The notes under the pieces are model-generated. The model was not told the DNA's origin. It saw only the letters and a list, made by a program, of their open reading frames with translations, and ran no database searches. This document shows positions 1 through 12,870 of a stretch of DNA of 64,000 nt, in pieces (position 1 is the stretch's first letter; every line of letters starts with the position of its first letter). The DNA comes from the human T2T-CHM13v2.0 reference genome, Homo sapiens. Location of the stretch: the NCBI RefSeq assembly GCF_009914755.1, contig NC_060927.1; one strand, 5' to 3'. The translations under genes were made by a program, and so were the position numbers.

Positions 1-639
1 TATATATATATAATTTTGAGTTCCTGATAAAATCACTATGACACTATCAGCTTTTCCCACCTCTGACCATTGATGTAGATAAATATAAGCTTAAGTATCC
101 TCCTTTAGAAAATGAAATGTCCTATTGATAGGATACAATCGATGTAATTCTGGACCAAACCATTAGCTCAGATGTATTTTCCCCAAAATGTATGTCATTT
201 TATATGCAATTTATACAGTCAGAGTTAAAAGCTACACTATGAAGGGAGTTGAAAAAATGCCTAATGTATTGGTGTTAAAACAAGTTATTGTTTTTGAAGG
301 GAAATTGTGTTGTTAGAAATTGTGTTGATACAGTCTTGTTTTAATCAGAGGATGTCAGAGTTTAAGGATGTCTCCTTATAGAAATCTGATTAATGGATCA
401 ACCATTCCCTAACAGGGACTCTCTTGGTGATGCTCCTTCTTTGAAGATGATCCCAGTTATTTTTGGATGTGTTGTACATTCATTGCTGTCCTGAAGGTGA
501 AAACTCTGCTCCAGTGAAAAGTTTTTTAAAAGTTCATTTGCATGAATACTAACTAAAATGTCAATAAAGATGAGAAGCTTTATTCATAATAGTTTTTTAA
601 TGGCCCTCAGCATTAAGACATCTTAAATTCTAAAAACAA

Positions 640-1044
640 CATAGTTTTTAATTGCATTATTAGAACTACAGAAAACACAGATTAACAAACAGAACACTCA
701 TTATCCTAACTCACATAAAAAGAAAATGTTAACATTTTATTGTATATTGTTCAAGATCAGTTCCTTTGCACATATTCAGAGATAGGAACTTCTTGGACAT
801 AAAATATAAAAAGTAAAAAAGAATAAACATAATCACATTATACTTTACATATATTTCATTCTGCTTTTTAACATGATAATGGATTACAACAACCCATGTA
901 TGCCAATAATTCTAAAGAAATATGATAATTTTCATGGCAGAATATAGCTTTGTGTGATGTAACATTATTTGTTGGATTTGTTGGGCATTTAGGTTATTTC
1001 CATTTTAATTTTTCAAACATTGCCATAATGAAACACACGCATAT

Positions 1045-1086
<42 letters not shown>

Positions 1087-1160
1087 ACAGCACTGTGGGA
1101 TGTTCTGATTATTCCCTTAGGATACATTTTAACAGATAAAATTGTGGGAACAGTAGATAT
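640..1160 (-). mobile_element. Old L1ME-like LINE 3' fragment, interrupted by a (CA)n tract
   Basis: Degenerate antisense L1M 3' motifs such as 'ttgttgggcatttaggttatttccatttt'; boundaries approximate. Confidence 0.45.
1046..1084. repeat. (CA)n microsatellite
   Basis: Perfect CA run of about 19 units. Confidence 0.97.
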
Positions 1161-1179
1161 GTATACTTCTTTTTTAAAA

Positions 1180-1746
<567 letters not shown>

Positions 1747-1814
1747 CCATTTTTTTATAATAGCAAAACCTGGAAACATATATAACTTCTTAATTTAATA
1801 ATGTATTATGTCTC

Positions 1815-2320
1815 ATTCATTCATGCGTGTAATTCACAAACATTTATTTATCTTCAATTGAAGGCACAAGGGATACAATGTGATTTCCTTAAGAAGCTTA
1901 CAGTCTAGTAGGAAGAAACGGACCTGTGAATAATATGATCATTTAAATACTATAATTGGCATTTGTCCAGATTATTATGAGTTCAGAAAATAGGCAGTGA
2001 TCAAAATTTCCTTAGGGAGAATCTAACTAGACTTCACAGAAGAAGAGACAGTCGCCAAGTCTTAAATATGTGAAAGTAGTTATCAGTTTAGTTGGGTTTT
2101 TAAGGCAGAAGAAGAAAATATTGCCAGCAGAAGTAATGAGCAGAAAAATACCAGGCTCAACTAAAAGACTCACAAACCAAAATGCGTGCATTTTAGGGTA
2201 ATATAGTGGTGTAGAGGCTGGCTAGTGAAAAACGAAGAAATGATATTGAAGTACAACACAAGTAGAAGCCATATCTGGAAGGGATTTGGAATTATTGCTA
2301 TTTTCATGGGATAGCTATCT
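1815..2320 (-). mobile_element. L2 LINE 3' fragment
   Basis: 'cattcattcat...aaacatttatt' L2 tail, then 'cttaagaagcttacagtctagt' and purine-rich L2 body. Confidence 0.6.
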
Positions 2321-2414
2321 GTGTATGTCTTTGAGGAAGACAACCCTGTGTGAAAGGCTTGGCCATTCTTCAGTGTTGTGGCCATGGACAATTCACTTTC
2401 TCACTAAGTCTTAG

Positions 2415-2766
<352 letters not shown>

Positions 2767-3080
2767 TAATACTTTGTTCAAGGGTATTCTGTGAAGATGT
2801 AATAGATATGGCAAACCCCCATGCATAGTCCATAGTGGATTATCATAAGTGTAAAGCTATAATATAATTGTTATGTTTGCATGCAGTGTTTATTTTTTTC
2901 CTGTAGACACTGGGAAGTCATTGCCGGGTTTTAAGCCTATGAGTATGTTCTTACTTTAAGAAAAAACAATGTGGTGACAATAGGTAGAATGACTTGAAGA
3001 GACAGTGAGACTTGTTAGGAAGGTGTTACATTTATTGGGTGTGTAGAGGGCAATGTAATACAATCTTGTTTTATATTGTT

Positions 3081-3514
3081 TCTATTAGTTTCCCAGGGCT
3101 ATTGTAACAAAGTACCACAAACTGGGTGGCTTAGAACAACAGAAAATTTTGTCCCTTCAGGCCAGAAGTCTGAAGTTAAGGTGTTTGGCAGGGCCATGCT
3201 CCCTTTGAATGCACTAAGAAAAGATCTGTTCCCGTCTCTCCGCTACCTTCTGGTAGATCCTTAGTTTGTGGCAGCAAAACTCTAATCCTCACATAACACT
3301 CTCCCTGTGTGCATGACTGTCTCTCCACTTGGCTTTCTTTTTATATGGATGTCAGTCATATTGGATTAGGGACCACCCTATTTCACTAAGTCCTCATCTT
3401 AATTTAACTAGTTACACCCACAGCAACCTTATTTCCAAATAGGTTGCATTCTGAAGTACTGGGGATCAAGACTTCAATAGGTGAATTTGTGGGGACACAA
3501 TTTACCTTACAATA
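3081..3514 (-). mobile_element. MaLR solo LTR (MLT1A-C group)
   Basis: 'tattagtttcccagggctattgtaacaaagtaccacaaactgggtggctta' to 'ggggacacaattt'; 5-bp TSD ttgtt at 3076-3080 and 3515-3519. Confidence 0.85.
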
Positions 3515-5033
3515 TTGTTTTTTCTAACTTCAGCATTAAATGGTCCTTTTTGGGTGCTTCCTAGTATTTTTGTTATAATACAAGTTTTTTAACAGAACTA
3601 GCTACCACTGACCATTGGTGCCAATCAAAAACCAACCCCACCATTCAAATACTGGGCAAATGTGGGATGGTGTATAGAACTTCTGTTTACCTATGCATAC
3701 ATTGTTAGATAAAGCAGTTTAAAACTATTATGTGATGTAAGGTTTTAAAAAATAAAAACACAAAATCTTGTTTACAGCATAATTAAAACTTTGTAAGGAA
3801 TATGCATGTCTGAAATTTAATATACTAAAAAAAGTGTTAGTTTTACTGTAGTGGTAATATTTTTATTTCAAAATTATCTTTAAGCTGATTTTTTCCTATA
3901 AATAGGGAGAAAGCAGATAAACTGAAAGTGTTGAATTCTAGATCTTAATTTTCATGGAATTTGAAAATTGTCATCATTATCCTGAGAACATAGGTGCCTG
4001 GTGCCTTGTTGTGATTATTAATATCACATCTCAAATGTGGCATGAAGAAAGGATAGAGCATTGGACTATGTTACTGCATTCTTTCCATTTTTATTTTAAC
4101 TATTGGCCCATTGCTTGATGCCAAGAGAGTTAACTTTAACCTCACTTAGTCACCTTTTAACTTATAGTAAGGACAAAAACAGTGATGTGTCATTCATTTG
4201 TTTACAGGAGGATTATGAAGTATCATGTCAGGTTTTGTTCTAGAAAAACATTTTTGGACTCAAAAATGCTATGCTTTTGAGTGTGATGAGATGAGAAATA
4301 GAAGTGTGCCATTTGCTAATTATAAGTTATTGGTGGTTTTTTTTCAGAAGTTCTATAAGTAGCTCTGTTTAAAAATTTCAAAATGGACAAAGGGCATGAA
4401 GCTATTTTGGGAACAAAATGTCAGTACTGAAGGTATACTTTTTCATATATTGAACTAATGCGTGGTTCAGAAAGTTCTTTGCTAATTTATCAAAATGTCA
4501 TCTTCAGGTACTGGGTTGGAAAATTAGTAACTGCTAGAGTGTGTGACCATTGAAAGGTGCAGGAGCCTATCAATTTTTAGCTTCTAGCATAAAACGATGT
4601 TTATCATTAGTGTTGAGATTTAAAATGTCAGAAGTTCTTAAAGTTCTTAGCATAAAAAATAAAGGCTAAAAGTTAAGCATCTATTATACTATAAATCCAG
4701 ATATACAAAAGGAAAACACAGTACTCAAAAAGCATTAAATGTACTCAAATAAATTACCTAAAAAGTGCATAGGTAACAACTTTTAACCGTGTAATGGCAA
4801 ATGTCTTAATTTTATCCTTATAAAAATGATTCCTGTTGGCTTTTAATTACTCTAAATTGAGGAATGGTGTATTATTAGTACACTCTTCACATATATACTA
4901 TTCACTCTTAAATACTTATGTGGCCAATCATATGTTGGGCAAATAATACTTTTTGCTTCCCTGGCAAAACTCTGAGCAATTAGAAGAAGTAGCATAAAAC
5001 CTATAGCGAAATAATATCAGAATTGAATCCCTT

Positions 5034-5296
<263 letters not shown>

Positions 5297-5707
5297 AGAA
5301 TTGAATCATTTTACCTTAACATGGTTAACCACATTGGAAGACAGAGGATCTTGATATGAAATAACTTCACAATTGACTATACTTTTACTTGCAACAATAC
5401 TTCTCCTGCCACTTTACGTTTGGCACTTTGGTCAATCTCCCAACACTTTTGCATATACCTTACTCTTTTTCTCCACCCATTATGCAAACAAGCTAGATAG
5501 GAAATCACATTTGACAGGTAAGAAAATGGAGGCACTGATATTTCAAGTATCTGACCCAATGGCAAACACAAGGTAAAACACCTGGTACTACAATTTAGGC
5601 TTTCTAGAGATCAGTGCTCCAATGAGAAGCTTTGTAGTTAAAATGTTATTTTTAATGCAGAATGAGTACTTCGTGCTCATAAGAATTCAAATAAGAAAGG
5701 AATAGTT

Positions 5708-6019
5708 GGCCGGGCGTGGTGGCTCACACCTCTAATCCCAGCACTTTGGGAGGCCGAGGTGGGTGGATCACGAGGTCAGGAGATCGAGACCATCCTGGCT
5801 AATATGGTGAAACCCCGTCTCTACTAAAAATACAAAAAATTAGCCGGGCGTGGTGGCAGATGCCTGTAGTCCCAGCTACTCAGAAGGCTGAGGCAGGAGA
5901 ATGGTGTGATCCCAGGAGATAGAGCTTGCAGTGAGTCAAGATCGCGCCACTGCACTCCAGCCTGGGCGACAGAGCGAGACTCCGTCTCAAAAATAATTAG
6001 AATAAAATAAAATAAAATA
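5708..6019 (+). mobile_element. AluY, full length, (AAAAT)n tail
   Basis: Y-type 'gagatcgagaccatcctggctaa' and 'gagcttgcagtgag'; 15-bp TSD aagaaaggaatagtt at 5693-5707 and 6020-6034. Confidence 0.95.
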
Positions 6020-7562
6020 AAGAAAGGAATAGTTTACCTGTAGTCGTGAAGCTATACTTCTCTTCAAGGTTTTTGCAGAGTAACCTTTGGGATTTATGTG
6101 CTATCTTGCTTCCAAAGAGAATACAGAAAATTTTTCAGATGTTTTTGATCCATACCTGTGAGGCAGTAGATGGTTGCTATCAGGGTGAATAAAGACTGGG
6201 TGAAATGCTTACGAGATTTGCATAAGGTTATTGTTTACAACAGAGTCTGTTCTGACACCTGATGATATAGAAATTCCTGGATAGGTGAAGATTAAATCTT
6301 GGATGTATTCTTAATGGCTTTGGACAAGTTATTGGTCCTCTGAGAGCTTTTGTGTCTTATCAGTACAATGGGGATGCTGGTGACACCTCTTGGATAGAGC
6401 TGACAAAAACTTGAATGGGAGAGCCATGTAGATTGCCTACAAGAAGGCTGACACCTTCAAGGAGATAGTCTTCCTCTTTCTTCTCTCCTGACCATGTAAG
6501 ACGCTTCTTCATTGTTTCAACTTAGGTTACCTCATTCAAGCCTTAATATCATTATGTATAACATTTTATAATTTTATTCTCAAGTTGAAGTACCTATAAC
6601 AATGTAACTCTTTCAACTATATTTTTTTCCCACTTGCTGAAAAATAGAGGTCAATGTCACTTTACAACAGCAGAAGTGGTTATACATTACTCAAAAATTA
6701 GGGAATATTTCAGCAGATAGACCTTTAAGGAGTCACTGTAGGTTTTTGCTGGTTTAAGCCTTGTCAATAAACAATTGCTCTCTCAGAGTAAAGGGATTTA
6801 GAATGATGGTTATATTTTTAATAATTGTGATGGCATGACAAGGAGACTGGTTTGTGATTAAAGGTTGATGCTTTTAAGTACTAAATGGAGACTTTTTAGG
6901 AAATTATATTGGTAAATCAAAGATTTACATTATCAGCATCAATTTTTTTCCCTCATGAAAAATCTGATAACCATATATGATCAGAATGGTATTTTCTTGA
7001 TGCTATGAAATGTACCCCTGGGTAAAGTAGTAAAATACTAAAATCATGTGAGCATAATTTATGTTAAGTCATTCCTTTAGCAATAAGTAGCTACTAGTGC
7101 TAGTTAATCCCTGATACAACTCTTAATATGTAACGATATGGTTATGTCATTCACAAAGAAGAAAATAATGCCTTTCTATTTGCCATGGTAGACTACTTGT
7201 GCATTTATTCTGAAATCAGTATCAGAACATTAGAGTATACATTAAAAGGAGAGGCATTAAAATATAGCCTATTTTACTATTTTTGAAACACTGGTCTGGT
7301 TTGCAAGGTCTAGTTTGCTTACCATGATTTTTGTAGTAATAGAAAATGCAATTTTTGCAGGAATGTTGCGGGAGTATCAAGCATGGTGCATTTAGTTCCT
7401 AAAATAATGCTGTGAGCTCAGTGGTATTATCCCATTTTGTGCATGAGGAAACTGGGGCATAGAGAAGATAAATATCTTGTTAATGTTATACAACTAAACA
7501 TCACAATGCAACCTCCATCTAACCACAAAGCCATGTACTTTTTTTGTTTTTTTAAGTACATA

Positions 7563-7920
7563 TGTTAATGGTAGAAAGGTGTCCAGGTTCTTGGCATCTT
7601 GAACAAAGAATTGGACAAAACGCACAAACAAAGCAAGGAAGGAATGAAGGGATTTATTGAAAATGAAAGTACACTCCACAATGTGTGAGTGGGCCCAAGC
7701 ATAGGGGCTCAAAGGCTCCATTACAAATTTTGGGGGAGTTAAATACCCTTAGAGGATTCCATTGGTTACTTGGAGTACGCCCTGTGTAAATGAAGAGGGT
7801 GAAGTAAATTTACAAAGTCATTTACTTGGCCTACACTCTATGGAGAGGATATTTCCTGTCATAGCTGAAGTGTGAATCGGCCGTATGTTCCCTGCCTCCA
7901 GACCCTATTTTCCTGCCTCA
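7563..7920 (-). mobile_element. ERV1 solo LTR, MER61-like
   Basis: TG...CA ends; minus strand begins TGAGGCAGGAAAATAGGGTCTGGAGGCAGGGAAC and contains CCAAT, TATTTAA and AATAAA; 4-bp flanks cata/tata. Confidence 0.8.
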
Positions 7921-8179
7921 TATATAGTCATCCAATAATCATTCATGTCTAGAGATCCATATTAAGGACATAAATTTTGTTTAATTTTCTGAAGTAATGA
8001 GAGGTAAATGAAAAATACACAAAATTGTAGACTTTTGACAGATTTATGTAAAACATGAAAGTAAATATATGAACAATCAATAGTAAAATGGCCTTGTCTA
8101 AAATTTTGTTATTTTATATGTGCATTAGCCATTGTACCAAGGATATTTATTGTGCCCTTATTGTGTACAAAGCACTATG

Positions 8180-8310
8180 CATTCATGTCATTATCCCAAC
8201 TTTACAGATGAGGAGACTGAGGCTTAGGGAGTTTAAATAGCTTGTCCAAAAAAAAAATTTAGCCAACATCTGGGTGACTTCAAAATTTGTGCCCTTGATC
8301 AGTATGCTAT
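8180..8310 (-). mobile_element. MIR fragment
   Basis: Antisense MIR core 'cccaactttacagatgaggagactgaggcttag'. Confidence 0.75.
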
Positions 8311-9469
8311 ATCTTGGGCTGAAGTGAAAGCCCTATAGGAAAAAAGAATTGTAATGTTACGAATATGTTATTTAAAGTTACAGGAACATTTTTTAAAGGA
8401 ATAGAAAGCTGTCCTTTCCGAAATTAGATTCCTCTTTATACCTGTATAAGAAATCATTACTGAGGAATTAATTACATCAATAGTATATTAAGGATTGAAG
8501 GCTATTAATTATTACGGTAGCTTTTAAAATTTTGAGTGGAGAGACATTTCTTAAAGCTGCTTATTCCCACAAATTCTAAGTTAAATAAAACATGGTGAGA
8601 GAGCTTAGAGAGTCCCAGTTGGGATGAGACATAGGTTTATAAACTTGGAGAAAATAATTCAGCCTACACTAAGTTTTCTATCCCCCAGGATTCTGTAACT
8701 GTAGTAATAGGGATTTGGGATATATTTTTATCATTATAAAAAAATTATATTTTTTTCATGTTTCTGTATGATAAGATTATTTTGACTAACTAAATTTTTT
8801 TTTACTCAAATTATGTCAATCAGTGTGGTAGCATTATTTTTCGTATGTTGGCCGGAAGTTTTGATTGACAGCTGTATGCTTTTAATTTATAAAACATATT
8901 AATTATTAATAAATTGTGTTAATCTCTAAGAGCATGAAATTTTGGACATAGCATAAAGGAAGAGAGAAGCAGCAGAAAGGAAAAAAATCTTTGTTGATTG
9001 AATATTTGGAATTGATTGCACTGATGTCTATGTGGATCTTCCTTAATGAAATGTTTTTATTTAACATGGATGAACATCAATAACATATTCTTTTTTTCCC
9101 ACTTTTTGGTCTTCAGAGTAGTTTTCAAAATGCCAGAATCCCATATTCATTTCATTGCGCATATATCTCTCAATTGACCAGCCAGCTCAATCTTCAAAAT
9201 TCATCATTTTAATGCATCTAGGAGCTTCAGGTAGCAGAAGTAAATTGAACAATTTATTAAAACAAACAAACAAAGAAAGCTCTGAGAAGTCTTTACGTAA
9301 AATAATTCATCTGATTATCAAACCATAGGTAAATAAGGAAAAAGTGCTTGCTAATAGGAAGAGATAGCACTTCACTCAAAAATTTTAGCCAATTATTTTA
9401 TTCTTGGTAGCTGATAATATTATATTAACTATCAGTTATCGATGCCAGGAAACCATGTAAGATAATTTT

Positions 9470-9680
9470 GTGGTTGCTAGAGGTGTTGGGGGAGTGAGTG
9501 TGGGTTGGGAAGAAAGGAGGTGGATGTGGTTATAGAAATGCAAAACAAGGATCTTTATTGGTGATGGAACTGTTTTGTATCTTGACTCTTGCGGTGGACA
9601 CATGAGCCTGACTATGTGATAAAAGTGCATAGAACTGCTCTCTTTCTCTGTCTCTGTCTGTCTCTCTTTCTCTCTCTCTT

Positions 9681-9749
<69 letters not shown>

Positions 9750-9945
9750 AGTATAAGTAAAACTGGGAAAATCTTAATAGGATTAGTGGATTGTATTAAT
9801 GTTAATATGCTGGTTATGATATTTTACTATAGCTTTGCAATATGTTACTATTGTAGGAAATGGGTAAAGTGTGCAAAGGATCTCTCTGTAATATTTCTTA
9901 CAACTACATGTGAATATACAAGTAATGTCAGAATAAAAAAGTTAA
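9470..9945 (+). mobile_element. L1MD/L1MC-like LINE 3' end
   Basis: 'ggtgatggaactgttttgtatcttgact...gatctctctgtaatatttcttacaactacatgtgaat...aataaaaa'. Confidence 0.75.
9638..9746. repeat. Compound (TC)n(AC)n microsatellite
   Basis: Imperfect then perfect TC run joined directly to an AC run. Confidence 0.95.
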
Positions 9946-12019
9946 TAATAATAATAGTAGTAATAATAATAAGATATAGCAAAAGGAAACTAGAAAGAAA
10001 ATGCTTCATTGAGCTTTGAGGCATGCTGCTCTTCCTTGTTTTCTAAACAGCCAGAGAGCTGAGGTAGTGATGCCTTTGATAGACTATAGAATCTTAGCAG
10101 TCTGGCAGGCAGATCAACGGGACTGGAGGTCAACAGGGCCAGATGGAAATTGGAACAAACAAAGCCCTAGTAGTGGAACCAGAGCTCTGCTATATTCCAA
10201 ATCAGTTCAAGTACCATATGAAGAATTTTAGCCAGTCTGCCCTTTTGGTTCCCTGACAGTGGCTATTCAGTATCCAGAAATTGCTAATATAAAGAATATA
10301 CATGCTATGTGTTTCAGATAATATAAAGTTTTTGTTTGTTTTTTTCTCTATAAAGGTAATATGGTAAATGAATAAAATATTTTTATGTATATACCTTTGA
10401 TGTACTTTTTGTATAAATTCATAAATTGGAAAATACATTTTATTCACATTTAAATTTATTTTAAATATATTGTATTCTAATTTTTATTGGGAACATGTAG
10501 TTGCTGCACACTGGAAATATTAAGTAAATATCTATCTTTAGTCTGAAAAATGCCTAAACTTCCACTGTACATCTCAGCATACCTCAAACAAAGCAAAATT
10601 TCATATTTTCTTACAATTATTTGTCTTCATATGTCTCTTCTGATAAGACATTGAGTCCTTGGACTGTAGAACAATTCTCCTTATTTTGTTTGTGTCTCTC
10701 TTCTTACTTTGATCACCATCCTTTTACTCCCGGCCCTGATGTCTAGCATAACACCCTGCAAATGTAGATGATTAATTAATATTTGTTGAATTAATTTAAA
10801 AGTGAACTGTGGGAAAATAGGTTCGGTGATAGAGCATGTATAAATTCCCAGAGCATATTAAATTTCCAGAGAAGGAGAATAGAGTCAGAAATGAAAGACC
10901 TGAGACTTAGGGAAAGACTATTTGTGTAGCCATCAGAAAAGTGCTTCAACAAGGACCAGGGTAAGCTATACAGATACCTTGGCAGCTGTAGAGTGAAGGT
11001 TGGCTATTATCTGGCTAGAAGGGTGATCTGAAGACCAAGATTTACACCCAGGAATACAAATCAGAACTCGATTATATGAATCCTGTCTCTCACCAGACCC
11101 AAAGGTAGTACCGTCTTGCACCTGCTTGGAACTATGTGCTAGAATATCTTTCAGACATCCAGGCTAGTACAGAAAAATTTATAATATGTTAGCCTTTCTT
11201 GCATGTAACTCCATCAATCAATCATTCCTTTGTCTGCTTCCATTGCTTGGTTTTTATTTACTTTAATTTTTAATAAATTTGTCATTTAAAACCTTCAAGT
11301 TGCCTATAAATTATTGAGGAGAGAAATAGATTTTAATTCCTTAATAATAATCTATTTAAACCAAGGCAGTTTCTTCACAGATGAGCAGAAATATTGTTGT
11401 GCAAAGACTACCATATAGATTTGATAAGTTTATAACCTATTATCTATGAGGCTTATGCATTCTAAACATACATTTAAAAAACATTGTAAATGCAGATAGA
11501 TATAGATACATACATATTTAGCTCCATGGGCCAAAAGAACTACCATAAATAAACTGTCTATAACCAACTAGTCACTGTGGCTAAGGACTCACATAATTTC
11601 CATAACAATCCTTCCTGAATTCTGTATTAATGTCTACATTAGGTAGGTACAGCAATCAAATCTTGGAAACATTAAATTGTTGATTGAAAGTCTTACAGCC
11701 AAACTAAAGATGGGATTAAACTTTGGGGCTAACAGCAGAGTCCTATTCATTCTTTGACACCATGACGTAGTGTCATATAATTTAATTTTCAGTTATCTAT
11801 AGTTTCTGGTGCAATTTTCTTCAGTCCTGTCCAGTTCTGTGTGTGGCATTGTGTATGTGCAGTTTCCTCAGTTTGTCCCTTATCTTGCTGTATATGGAAG
11901 CATTTATGGGATCCACTTTTGAAACAGCCTCTGAATTGAAATACAATGTATCTAGTCAACCTGAGCGTCCACAGGCCTTTAATGTGACAAGGGCAGTTTA
12001 TTCTCACAGTCTCTAATAT

Positions 12020-12870
12020 AGTCATTTGACAAATGTATATTCAGTGCTTGCTGTTTATCTGGATTTGTTCTATGTACTAGGAAGACTAAGATGAATATGG
12101 CATGGTTCCTGCTTTTAAGAAACATACAGACTGTTAAGAGGGCTACGTTAGAAATAATTACTACACAGATTAAGGACATGCCGCAGTAGAGGGAAGAGAA
12201 AAGGCCATTGGATGTACAAAAAAGGGAGAGTTTAATTTTGCCTAGTTATTATAAAGCCATAGGAAAACTAGGGCAGGCTTCACAAAGGATGTGATTTTGG
12301 ATCTATGTATTGAAGGAATCGTAGGAATTAACAGGTAGAAAGAGGATGGGGTTCATTCCAAACAGAAAGATCCACATCATGGAGGTTGCAAGGGTGCTGC
12401 AAATGGTTCGTTATGGCTATAGCGACTATAGAGTAAAGAAGTTGAAGAAGCAGCTGAAGACAAGAGATCCTCTGAGGTCTGATTTTAAAGGACCTTATAC
12501 CCTAGGGGTTAGTATTTTTAAATTAGGAGAGTGATGTGGTCAGATATGAATTTCAAAATGATTACCCTGCCAACAACATGGAAAATAGATTTTAAAAACT
12601 GAAAACAGAATACTAGTTAAGAGGCCACAGATCTAATCTAGGTGAGAAACATTGAGAGCTTCCACTAAGTAAGTGATATAGAAATTGAAAAGATGGACCT
12701 ATTTTATAGACATTTAGGAGAATTCCTTGCTTTACAAGGTGTTTGAATTGAAGTATCTGTAATAATTGGTTGGTTCCATTAAGTGAGAGAAAAAGTATGG
12801 TAAATGGAGCAGAGTTTAGTTGGGAATTAGATGAGTTTGGTTTAGGTATGTTATTGAGTTTGAGGACACT
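12020..12870 (-). mobile_element. L2 LINE fragment
   Basis: 'catttgacaaatgtatattcagtgcttgct...catggttcctgcttttaag...gagagtgatgtggtcagatatgaattt...tttggtttaggtatgtt'. Confidence 0.65.

Noticed and set aside
132-189. Possible + exon tag|GATACA...AAAAT|gtatgt reading DTIDVILDQTISSDVFSPK
   Set aside because: Poor pyrimidine tract, unrecognised peptide and only one open frame; consistent with chance
301-330. 15-bp tandem duplication gaaattgtgttg(t/a)ta
   Set aside because: Ordinary slippage duplication
10330-10361. Pyrimidine tract plus AG|GT motifs resembling recursive splice sites (also near 28471, 30222 and 59102)
   Set aside because: Acceptors or donors are suboptimal, and several such motifs are expected in T-rich DNA; saw-tooth nascent RNA data would be needed
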